A stretch of 57,813 nucleotides of DNA, filler included, from an uncultured Acidimicrobiales bacterium (GTDB lineage Bacteria > Actinomycetota > Acidimicrobiia > Acidimicrobiales > UBA10347): NCBI GenBank assembly GCA_943788915.1. It is 4 parts of 3 records of this genome, joined end to end, with 100 filler letters (N's around TTAATTAATTAA, not from the genome) between each part and the next. Parts side by side here need not be neighbours in the genome. Positions count along the whole stretch, not along the records: positions 40,970 to 57,813 come from CALSSD010000016.1; 3 more parts are not named here. One strand, written 5' to 3'. Position numbers and translations under genes: made by a program. Within the stretch, counting starts at the first letter, position 1, and each line of letters begins with the position of its first letter. Of the stretch, positions 49,502-57,813 are shown one piece after another. The notes beneath the pieces were generated by a model. The model saw only the letters and a program-made list of their open reading frames with translations, had not been told where the DNA came from and ran no database searches.

Positions 49502-51823
49502 GTGTCCACGATTAACAGCACAACTCTCCCCCTTCTTCCCATTCCCAATGGCGTGTTCTTCCCCGACATGGTCGTGACCGTCGAAGCCCAAAGCCCAGGT
49601 GCCCGGGCCGCGTTTGAAGCCGCCGCCGGCACCGATGGCAAGGAACTGGTCGCTGTCCCCCAATCTGGTGGGGACTATTCAACGATCGGCATCGTCGTTC
49701 GCATCGAACAACATGGCCAGCTTCCTGGCGGCGGCGAAGGAGCGGTGTTACGGGGCCTACGTCGCGTACGAATCGGCCAGGGGGAGACCGGCACCGACGG
49801 CGTACTCCATGTGACCGTGACCGAGGTCGAAGAAGGTGAAGCGACCGCAGAAGCGAAGGCGCTGGCAATCGAATATCGAGGCACCGCAATGGAGTTGCTT
49901 CGTTTGGTGGGCGGCAGTCGGCTTGTTGGCATGCTCGACGGCGTCGAAGACCCGGGGGCGCTTGCCGACACGATCGGGCTATGGCCAGACCTGGGCGATG
50001 ATCGCCGCCGGGAATTGTTCGAAACGATCGACCCGACTGAACGCATCACCAAGGCCCTTGTCTGGGTCAAGGAAGCGTTGGCCGAGGCCAACGTGAACCA
50101 CGACGTCAACTCGACGGTGCGTGAAGGTTTCGAAAAGGATCAGCGAGAAGCGATCCTTCGCCGACAGATGGCATCCATCCGTGAAGAACTCGGCGAAGTC
50201 GACGACGATGACATCGCCGGGTATCGGGCCCGCATCGCCGACGGTGAACTGCCCGAGGTCGTCGCCAAGGCAGCCGAGAAAGAGATCACCAAACTCGAAC
50301 GGATGGGCGACCAGTCGATGGAGTCAGGCTGGATTCGTACCTGGCTCGAGACGGTCTTCGAACTACCGTGGAACGAACGGACTCAAGACAAACTCGACCT
50401 GGATGATGCTCAGGCACAACTAGATGCTGACCACACTGGCCTGGACAAGGTCAAGGAACGTATTGTCGAATTCCTGGCTGTGCGCAAGCTGCGTTCTGAA
50501 CGCGATGTCGACGAGACCGGCAAGGCCGGTGGCACCATCTTGGCCCTCGTCGGCCCTCCCGGCGTGGGCAAGACGAGTCTGGGCGAATCGATTGCCGAGA
50601 CCATGGGTCGCAAGTTCGTGCGCATGTCACTCGGTGGCATCCGTGACGAAGCAGAGATCCGCGGCCACCGCCGGACCTATGTCGGGGCGCGCCCTGGTCG
50701 CCTTGTTCGGGCACTGACCGATGCTGGCACCATGAACCCCGTCATCTTGCTCGATGAGATCGACAAGGTCGGCAATGATTGGCGTGGCGATCCATCGTCT
50801 GCGCTGCTCGAAGTACTCGATCCAGCCCAGAACGCCACGTTCCGTGATCACTATCTGGAGACCGAACTCGACTTGAGCGAGGTTGTCTTCATCGCCACCG
50901 CCAATGTGCTTGACACGATCCCCGCACCGCTGCTTGATCGTATGGAGATCATCAGTCTCGAGGGTTACACCGAAGACGAGAAGGTCTCCATCGCACGCGA
51001 CCACCTGTTGCCTCGGTTGTATAAACGCAACGGCGTGAGCGCGGACGAAGTCGTGATCAGTGACGACATCGTGCGCACCGTCGTTGGTGACTTCACCCGT
51101 GAGGCTGGGGTCCGTCGTCTTGAGCAACGGCTCGACCGGCTGATGCGCAAAGGCGTCAGTGAACTCGTACGTAGTCCCGACGTCGATGTCATCACGATCT
51201 CGGACGGCGACCTGCGACCTGCGCTCGGGCGCTCTGCCTCTCGAGACCTGCCAGCAGACCGCATCGTCATTCCCGGTATCGCTACTGGACTCGCGGTGAC
51301 CGGCGCTGGTGGCGACGTGTTATTTGTTGAAGTTTCGGCGAGCGATGCCGAGCCTGGTCTGACCTTGACCGGTCAGCTCGGCGATGTGATGAAAGAGTCC
51401 GGCCAGATCGTGCTCTCCTATCTGCGAGCAAACGCGGCAGAACTCGGTATCGAGGATCCTCTAAACAAACGGTTCCACGTGCACTTCCCAGCTGGTGGGA
51501 TTCCGAAGGACGGTCCGTCAGCCGGTGTCACCATGACCACTGCGTTTATCAGTCTGCTCCGAGACCAGGCGATGCGATCCGACGTCGCCATGACCGGCGA
51601 AGTCACGCTGCACGGTCGAGTGCTGCCAATCGGCGGTGTCAAGGAGAAGGTCCTGGCTGCCCACCGAGCTGGTGTCACCCATGTGATCCTGCCCGAAGGG
51701 AACCGTGAGGACGCCGAGGACATCCCCGAACACGTACTCGATTCGGTCGAACTGCACTTCGCCGCAACCATTAACGACGTCATCGCCGTCGCGTTCGACT
51801 CGTCGACGTCATGGAGGGTCTGA
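49502..51823 (+). CDS. lon: Endopeptidase La
   Basis: GPPGVGKTS, IRGHRRTYVGARPG, LLDEIDK, PKDGPSAG and PIGGVKEK; start GTG 49502. Confidence 0.96.
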   Translation: MSTINSTTLPLLPIPNGVFFPDMVVTVEAQSPGARAAFEAAAGTDGKELVAVPQSGGDYSTIGIVVRIEQHGQLPGGGEGAVLRGLRRVRIGQGETGTDGVLHVTVTEVEEGEATAEAKALAIEYRGTAMELLRLVGGSRLVGMLDGVEDPGALADTIGLWPDLGDDRRRELFETIDPTERITKALVWVKEALAEANVNHDVNSTVREGFEKDQREAILRRQMASIREELGEVDDDDIAGYRARIADGELPEVVAKAAEKEITKLERMGDQSMESGWIRTWLETVFELPWNERTQDKLDLDDAQAQLDADHTGLDKVKERIVEFLAVRKLRSERDVDETGKAGGTILALVGPPGVGKTSLGESIAETMGRKFVRMSLGGIRDEAEIRGHRRTYVGARPGRLVRALTDAGTMNPVILLDEIDKVGNDWRGDPSSALLEVLDPAQNATFRDHYLETELDLSEVVFIATANVLDTIPAPLLDRMEIISLEGYTEDEKVSIARDHLLPRLYKRNGVSADEVVISDDIVRTVVGDFTREAGVRRLEQRLDRLMRKGVSELVRSPDVDVITISDGDLRPALGRSASRDLPADRIVIPGIATGLAVTGAGGDVLFVEVSASDAEPGLTLTGQLGDVMKESGQIVLSYLRANAAELGIEDPLNKRFHVHFPAGGIPKDGPSAGVTMTTAFISLLRDQAMRSDVAMTGEVTLHGRVLPIGGVKEKVLAAHRAGVTHVILPEGNREDAEDIPEHVLDSVELHFAATINDVIAVAFDSSTSWRV

Positions 51824-51850
51824 CCCCTCATGACGTGACCCCTGATGACG
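51807..51850. terminator. Inverted repeat plus 15-bp tandem duplication at the lon 3' end
   Basis: Imperfect hairpin acgtcatggagggtc-t-gacccctcatgacgt; tgacccctcatgacg followed by tgacccctgatgacg (51821-51850). Confidence 0.5.
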
Positions 51851-52009
51851 TGGGGTAGACCGTGTGCTTCCATCGACGGCACGAGCATCGCCATCATGCA
51901 GGAGATGCGTAACTTCCTTGCACTGATGGTCTGTAAGGGTGCGTTGGTAACCACATGTGGAGGTTCACCTGCGACAATCGCGGATCAGCCTCCACACATG
52001 CGTGCAGGG

Positions 52010-53377
52010 TTAGACCCAGAGGCGGTCGCAGACGTTGAGCCATAGCTGGGTGGTGAGTTTGAGCGATTCGATATCAATTCGTTCGTTGTTGCCGTGAAAG
52101 CGGTTCTGGAACTCGGAGAACGAGACCTTGTTGCTCAGCAGCCCGGCGCCATAGGCAGGCACCCCCCGAGCACGAAAGAAACGGGCGTCGGTTCCGCCGG
52201 TCACGATCGACGGCACCACCCGGGCATCGGGATAGGCAATCTGGATGGAATCGGTTAATGCCGACCACAGCGGTGTGTCGGTCGACGACAGCGCTGGCCC
52301 TTGTGCCTCGTCGTACTTGCGATGGATCGTGACCGAAGGAAGTAGGTCCTCGCCGATGATCGCGCGCAGATGGCGATCGGCATCGTCGTCGTCCTCGCCG
52401 GGGAGCACCCGGATGTCGACCATAAGGTCCGCATGATCGGGAACGGTGTTGTCTTTTTCGCCGCTGTTCAAGACGTTCGGACTAAACGACATCTGGCAAC
52501 ACGAGTGCAGATTACGAGCCATACCCATAGGCAGTTCTGCCAACGCATCGTCGATGTGCGCGGGGTCGAGCAGTCGTCGTTCGGTGTCGGCGTCGAAACC
52601 AAGTGCCCGCACTCGATCTCGGAACATCTCATCTATCCGCGGCGCAATCTCGTACTCGGCCATCCGAGCCACGATCTTTGCCGCCTTGATCAGCGCATTG
52701 TCGGTTCCGTAGGGCATGGAACCGTGGCCGGGTGAGCCAGCGATCTCAAGATGACGGAAGGCGCCGCGCTTCTCGCCGTTGGTGAGCAACACGGTGGTGC
52801 CGTCGTCGGTGAACGAGGGTGTGCCGCCGTACTCAGTCAGTACGTAGTCGGACTTGATGGCATCCCAGTCGTTCTCAATGATGTGTTTTGCGCCAAGGAC
52901 ACCGCCGGCTTCTTCATCGGCCACCGCGAAGTAGATGATGTCGCCGGGGTAACGTTTGCCCGACCGTACGATTTCGCGAAACGCCACCAACATCGACGAC
53001 GTGACGTTCAACATATCGACAGCGCCGCGGCCCCAAACCTCGGGTGTGCCGTCGGCCGACGTGATCAGTTCACCACCAAACGGGTCATTGTCCCAGCCCT
53101 CGGGACTCACGGGCACAACGTCGGTATGGCCCATCAAACACAACGACGGCGCATTCGGGTCTGTGCCCTCGTAGCGGGCGATAAGCGATGTCCGGTTCGG
53201 CTCCGGCTCGAACATTTGAAAGTCGATGCCTAGGCCGTCGAGCTGGTCTCGAACCAGCCGGGCATTTCGGTCCTCTTGACCTGACTCAGGCGTGCCCTCG
53301 TTCACGCATTGGTTGCGGATCATCTGCTGCAGCAGGTCCACGGTCTCGTTGGTCAGCGTGTCGATCGGCGTTGCCAT
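52010..53377 (-). CDS. M20/M25/M40 metallo-hydrolase
   Basis: MGHTDVVP, WGRGAVDM, ADEEAGG, GHGSMP, GGTDARF and HGNNERI; start ATG 53377. Confidence 0.9.
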   Translation of the reverse strand: MATPIDTLTNETVDLLQQMIRNQCVNEGTPESGQEDRNARLVRDQLDGLGIDFQMFEPEPNRTSLIARYEGTDPNAPSLCLMGHTDVVPVSPEGWDNDPFGGELITSADGTPEVWGRGAVDMLNVTSSMLVAFREIVRSGKRYPGDIIYFAVADEEAGGVLGAKHIIENDWDAIKSDYVLTEYGGTPSFTDDGTTVLLTNGEKRGAFRHLEIAGSPGHGSMPYGTDNALIKAAKIVARMAEYEIAPRIDEMFRDRVRALGFDADTERRLLDPAHIDDALAELPMGMARNLHSCCQMSFSPNVLNSGEKDNTVPDHADLMVDIRVLPGEDDDDADRHLRAIIGEDLLPSVTIHRKYDEAQGPALSSTDTPLWSALTDSIQIAYPDARVVPSIVTGGTDARFFRARGVPAYGAGLLSNKVSFSEFQNRFHGNNERIDIESLKLTTQLWLNVCDRLWV

Positions 53378-53429
53378 GTCTCCAGTATGGCCCAGGGAGC
53401 GATGGGTGGTAGCGAACAACGGTGCGTGG

Positions 53430-53937
53430 ATGGCGACGATCACGACGGTGACAATCGAGGCAGAACGCCTCGTGGAGCGACGCCTCTTCGGTGAATACCA
53501 GGGCGGTGTCGAGTGGCTTCTCACCGGCACCGATGTCTGCCCGTGATGCAATGACCTTGCCACCGAGCTTGTGCAGCTTGACCCGATCTACCAAACGCCT
53601 GGTCTCCCACTGTTCGCCCAAGCTGACGATGACGCTCGGTTGGACGGCGCTCGCTTCCGGCTGATCTGGCCACTCCCTCTGCTGGCGAGATCAGCAGGCC
53701 GTTCGTGCGTCACCAAGGCCGCGGGATCGGTCTGGGACGGCGGCTGGCCGAGCAGCTCGTGGTCCACGCACATATGGCATCGATCTTGCGCCTCGTACTG
53801 AACACCCTGCCAACGATGGTCGAAGCCCACGCGTTGTATGCGGCCATGGGATTTGAGCCATGCACACCATATGTCGACGAAGCGCTTGACGGCGTGCTCT
53901 CTTTTCACTTTCGCTCTGGATGTCAGGTCTGCCTGAC
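53430..53937 (+). pseudogene. Disrupted GNAT acetyltransferase: in-frame TGA at 53544 and frameshifts near 53660 and 53905
   Basis: RRLFGEY..DVCP*CNDLATEL..Y, then in a shifted frame GEISRPFVR.QGRGIGLGRRLAE..LNTLPTMVEAHALYAAMGF. Confidence 0.65.
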
Positions 53938-54044
53938 TGCGAATGGAATCAGGGCTCACGCATCGGTTAGGTTCTCTAACACTGCAACCGGGGGCTGCAG
54001 TTCGTGACAGCAATTAGGGGGGTGGGGTGAAGCGAAGTACGTGG

Positions 54045-54698
54045 GTGTCTGACCTGCACCGGGTTCGCGAGGGTCAACAGGACCGGAGTCGCAAGACGCA
54101 GGTAGCTCTTCTCGATGCCGCCGAGGAACTCTTCGCCGAGCACGGCATCGGTGGTGCCACGATCGCTGATATCTCATCCGCTGCAGGATGCTCCATTGGC
54201 GCCTTCTATCACCATTACCGCGACAAACGGGCGATCCAGTTTGCGCTCTTCGAACGGTATGCGACAGAACTCGACGAGACGGCCCGGCTTGGTCTTGACC
54301 CGAACCGCTGGGTCGGCGCAACGATTGCTGACATCTTGCACGGCTATGTCGAGCTGACGATGCATAACGATCGAGAACTACCAGCGCGATCCCGTTCGGC
54401 AGTCGCACTCAGCCAGGCTGAGCCTGAGATTCACGACCAGATGTTTGAGCTGAGCAGGCGACGCGAAGCAGGTTTTAGTGAGTTGTTGCTTACCCGCAGC
54501 GACGAGGTCGGGCACGAGAACCCCCGGCTTGCGGTGGCCTTTGTGCTGGATCAGTTGGGGTCCATGATGCGGGTGCGTATGCACGAACGCGGCGCACCAT
54601 CTGGTTTTGGGACTCAGTCCGACGAAGAGTTCATCAGTCAAGCAATGTATTCGGTGTGTGCCTACCTTCAGATCGCGTTGCCCGTCGATTTGGGTTAG
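54045..54698 (+). CDS. TetR/AcrR-family transcriptional regulator
   Basis: QQDRSRKTQVALLDAAEELF..ATIADISSAAGCSIGAFYHHY. Confidence 0.9.
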   Translation: MSDLHRVREGQQDRSRKTQVALLDAAEELFAEHGIGGATIADISSAAGCSIGAFYHHYRDKRAIQFALFERYATELDETARLGLDPNRWVGATIADILHGYVELTMHNDRELPARSRSAVALSQAEPEIHDQMFELSRRREAGFSELLLTRSDEVGHENPRLAVAFVLDQLGSMMRVRMHERGAPSGFGTQSDEEFISQAMYSVCAYLQIALPVDLG

Positions 54699-54882
54699 TC
54701 GATTTGGTTCGTTGTACAACGGAGCGACGTTGGTTCTCTGTTGATGGTCGCGGTGTATCTGCGACTGCACGTCGCGAAGGTGCGGTGGTTGCAAGAACGT
54801 AGCGGCTGAATGCCACGCGACGCGTCTGGGCCGACCACAATGGTGGGGTCTGGAACGCCCGGACATGATCCAGGAGAACGCC

Positions 54883-56328
54883 ATGATTGATCGCCGCAAC
54901 TTCTACATAAACGGCCAGTGGGTAGCCCCGGCTGTCGCCAACGACTTTGATGTCATCGACCCGTCAACCGAGCAAGTCTGCGCCACCATTTCACTGGGAG
55001 GCGAGGCTGACACCAACGCTGCGGTTGCCGCGGCCAAGGCAGCGTTTGGGTCGTGGAGCATGACCCCGAAGGGCGAGCGCATTGCGCTGCTCGAGAAGCT
55101 GCTCGAGATCTACAAGGCCCGTAGCCAGGAAATGGCCGAGGCCATTTCGATGGAGATGGGCGCTCCAATGGCCCTCGCCCAGACAGCGCAGGTCGGTGCT
55201 GGCGCCGCACACATCAAAAACATCATCCGTGGGCTTCAAGCATTCGAGTTTGAGCGTCCGCTCGGCGATCATGCGCCAGACAATGCAATCCTCTACGAAC
55301 CCGTTGGCGTGGCTGCGTTGATCACCCCATGGAATTGGCCGATGAACCAGGTCACACTCAAGGTGGTGCCTGCGCTCGGTGTTGGCTGCACAATGGTTCT
55401 CAAACCAAGCGAGGTTGCCCCGCTGAGCTCTGCGCTCTTTGCCGAAATGGTCGACGAGGCGGGTTTCCCTGCTGGCGTATTTAACATGGTGCAAGGTGAT
55501 GGGCCGGGTGTTGGTAGCCAATTGTCAGGCCATCCTGATGTCGACATGGTGTCGTTCACTGGTTCGACTCGGGCCGGCGTCGCGATCACTAAGAATGCGG
55601 CCGACTCGGTGAAACGAGTTGCGCTCGAACTTGGTGGCAAGGGAGCGAACATCGTGTTCGCCGATGCCGACGAAAAGGCCGTGACCCGAGGTGTCCGTCA
55701 GTGTTTCAACAACAGCGGACAGTCATGTAATGCTCCAACCCGGATGCTGGTGGAGCGTCCGCTGTACGACCAGGCAGTCGCCACAGCGCAAGAGGTTGCC
55801 AAGAAAACCGCCGTCGACATTGCGAGCAACGAAGGTCGCCACATCGGCCCAGTCGTGAGCAAGGTCCAGTGGGACAAGATCCAAGCTCTCATCTCTGCTG
55901 GGGAGTCGGAAGGCGCACGGTTGATCGCTGGCGGAACGGGCCGTCCCGATGGCCACGAAGCCGGCTACTTCGTGAAGCCGACCGTGTTCGCCGATGTTGA
56001 CCCCGACATGACCATCGCTCGCGAAGAGATCTTCGGTCCGGTGCTGTCCATGACGCCGTTTGATACCGAAGAAGAAGCGATCGCCATTGCGAATGACACG
56101 CCCTATGGCCTCACCAACTATGTACAGACACAAGACAATGACAAGGCCCGGCGCGTGGCCCGTCAACTCCGTTCCGGCATGGTTGAGATGAATGGTCAGG
56201 CCCGCGGTGCTGGTGCGCCGTTCGGTGGTTATGGCCAGTCAGGCAACGGTCGTGAAGGCGGCGAATGGGGCATCGAGGAATTCTGCGAAGTCAAGTCGAT
56301 CTCCGGGTGGAACGTCGACGCTGGTTAA
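54883..56328 (+). CDS. Aldehyde dehydrogenase family protein
   Basis: ITPWNWP, KPSE, SFTGS, LELGGK, NSGQSC and EEIFGPV; caggag RBS. Confidence 0.95.
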   Translation: MIDRRNFYINGQWVAPAVANDFDVIDPSTEQVCATISLGGEADTNAAVAAAKAAFGSWSMTPKGERIALLEKLLEIYKARSQEMAEAISMEMGAPMALAQTAQVGAGAAHIKNIIRGLQAFEFERPLGDHAPDNAILYEPVGVAALITPWNWPMNQVTLKVVPALGVGCTMVLKPSEVAPLSSALFAEMVDEAGFPAGVFNMVQGDGPGVGSQLSGHPDVDMVSFTGSTRAGVAITKNAADSVKRVALELGGKGANIVFADADEKAVTRGVRQCFNNSGQSCNAPTRMLVERPLYDQAVATAQEVAKKTAVDIASNEGRHIGPVVSKVQWDKIQALISAGESEGARLIAGGTGRPDGHEAGYFVKPTVFADVDPDMTIAREEIFGPVLSMTPFDTEEEAIAIANDTPYGLTNYVQTQDNDKARRVARQLRSGMVEMNGQARGAGAPFGGYGQSGNGREGGEWGIEEFCEVKSISGWNVDAG

Positions 56329-56382
56329 CGCAGTCTGAGTCTGACGCTGGGCAACATTGCCTGGCGGTGATCTGATCTCGTT

Positions 56383-56413
56383 GAGACAGAGGCCCGAATA
56401 GGGTCTCTGTCTC
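56383..56413. terminator. Hairpin between convergent ALDH and epoxide hydrolase genes
   Basis: gagacagaggccc-gaata-gggtctctgtctc, 13-bp stem with one G-U, followed by repeated ctgtctc units. Confidence 0.55.
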
Positions 56414-56554
56414 TCTGTCTCCTCTGTCTCTCTTGCTGTCGGTGGATGGAGCCTCACAGAGAGGTTCAGGTCACCGACAGGGTCACCGGGATGCATGCCT
56501 TGCTAACCCTGGTGTGGTTGCACGGCAGTGCGTGTGCGCATGGTGCACGAGCTC

Positions 56555-56935
56555 CTAAGGTTGCAGGGCCGACATCTGGTCGGTGTAAGTAGCGAGATCG
56601 AAATAGTCTCGCCACAGCGTGATCAGCCCGTGTTGGTCGACATCGAAGAAGCCAGCGACGGGCAGTTCGAGCCACCCGTGACCAATCTTGAACCGGTCGA
56701 CGCGTTCGTTGACGACCCGATTGCCATGTGTGATCTGTGAGCTGACTGGCCACGAGACTTCGCTGGCTGCGCCGAGAAAGTTATCTAGTACGGCGCGCAC
56801 GCCTTCCCGTCCGGTGATCGGTCGCATCGGCACGTTCTCATACGAGACATCTTCGGCGAGCATGGTTATGGCAGCATCGACGTCGAGTCGTTCGATGGCC
56901 TCGATGAACGCGGTGACGGTTTCGCTTGGGGTCAT
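56555..56935 (-). CDS. Limonene-1,2-epoxide hydrolase family (NTF2-like)
   Basis: YENVP, NERVD, LPVAGFF and ITLWRDYFD. Confidence 0.88.
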   Translation of the reverse strand: MTPSETVTAFIEAIERLDVDAAITMLAEDVSYENVPMRPITGREGVRAVLDNFLGAASEVSWPVSSQITHGNRVVNERVDRFKIGHGWLELPVAGFFDVDQHGLITLWRDYFDLATYTDQMSALQP

Positions 56936-57155
56936 AGCGCCACGTTAAGCGACAAGGCGGCTGTTCTGTCGAGCCGATTTTGTTCACGAAGAGTGGTTAT
57001 CTCGACGCCTGCCGCCCGCCGGTAGTCTCAGCATGCTTATTCGGCTGCCGTGCGACAAGTTGTGATAGCACGTTTCAGCCGCCCTGATGTGGCGAAACTG
57101 GATGTGGCCGGTTGCTGGCTACGGTGCACTGTCACTCACTAAGAAAGGTCGGACG

Positions 57156-57641
57156 ATGGCTTCGCCCATGATGTATTTGGTTCCTGAGATCAGCTGCGAA
57201 CACTGCGTGACAGCGATTACGGCTGAAGTCACCCAGGTGCCCAACGTTGCGTCGGTCGAGGTCAATATCGATGCCAAGACCGTGACTGTGCAAGGCGGGG
57301 AAAGCTCTCAGATTGTTGCCGCAATCGACGAGGCTGGTTACGACGCGTCTCGAATCCGCAGTGCTGCGACCGCTGAGCAACAGCTCGATGACGGTGTTGT
57401 TCGGGTCACGAGATGGACGTTCCCGCCCGGTAGCGAAACCGGCGCCCATGTGCACCAGTACGACTACGTTGTTGTCCCTATCACCAACGGTGCACTAACT
57501 ATCGAAGCCGATGGCGAAACAACGGTCGCGCCGCTCGCCATTGGCGTCTCGTATCAGCGAGGTAAAGGGGTCGATCATAATGTGGCCAACGACGGCGACG
57601 TTGAGGTTGCGTTCGTCGAGGTCGAGTTACTCGACCGCTAG
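57156..57641 (+). CDS. HMA/CopZ copper-chaperone domain fused to a small cupin domain
   Basis: ISCEHC..IDEAGYD, then VRVTRWTFPPGSETGAHVHQYDYVVVP..GVDHNV; gaaagg RBS before ATG 57156. Confidence 0.78.
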   Translation: MASPMMYLVPEISCEHCVTAITAEVTQVPNVASVEVNIDAKTVTVQGGESSQIVAAIDEAGYDASRIRSAATAEQQLDDGVVRVTRWTFPPGSETGAHVHQYDYVVVPITNGALTIEADGETTVAPLAIGVSYQRGKGVDHNVANDGDVEVAFVEVELLDR

Positions 57642-57813
57642 CACGGGGTGGCGCGAGTGAAGTTTCGAAGTCGTTAACGAGTTGCGATGGAGAGGCGCTC
57701 GTAACCGGCTCTATGCTTTTCTTCATGATCCCCCAACCCTCAAATCGTCTGCGTAGGGCGCTTGGTTTACTGGGTTTATGTGTGCTTGTGGCGGCTGGTT
57801 GTGGCGGTGTTTC

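Noticed and set aside
57499..57726. 75-aa minus-strand ORF (MKKSIEP...)
   Set aside because: Overlaps the cupin gene in antisense and has no motif; at most a gene stump.

Overview
High-GC actinobacterial DNA whose gene set and protein style suggest Acidimicrobiia (inference). Four contigs are joined by artificial N-TTAATTAATTAA-N linkers (11548-11647, 12859-12958, 40870-40969), so adjacency across these is meaningless. Contig 1: a PRPP-synthetase-like 3' fragment, pyrH-tsf-rpsB, M23 protein, dprA, comM/yifB, a frameshifted DEAD-box helicase, an arylsulfatase and a PLDc_N membrane protein. Contig 2: a kgd/sucA fragment. Contig 3: a signalling/polysaccharide cassette (PAS kinase, OmpR regulator, receiver-PIG-L deacetylase fusion, ATP-grasp, PHP, processive GT2, small membrane protein), then SDR, CorA, serB, acyltransferase, GNAT, MatB-like ligase, SMP-30, an Aap/Bzt amino-acid ABC transporter, sulfurtransferase, hydrolase, Crp and an RNB nuclease. 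Contig 4: LLM and Ldh-family oxidoreductases, a likely selenoprotein (UPPC redoxin plus DsbD-N-like domain, with SECIS-like hairpin) that the ORF track splits in two, meaA/ecm, lon, M20 peptidase, a broken GNAT with an in-frame UGA, TetR, ALDH, epoxide hydrolase and a CopZ-cupin fusion. Short frameshifts (mostly in homopolymers) and several abrupt gene-fragment fusions point to sequencing/assembly artefacts or gene erosion. No rRNA, tRNA, transposase or convincing CRISPR array was seen. All calls come from reading motifs by eye; no searches were run.
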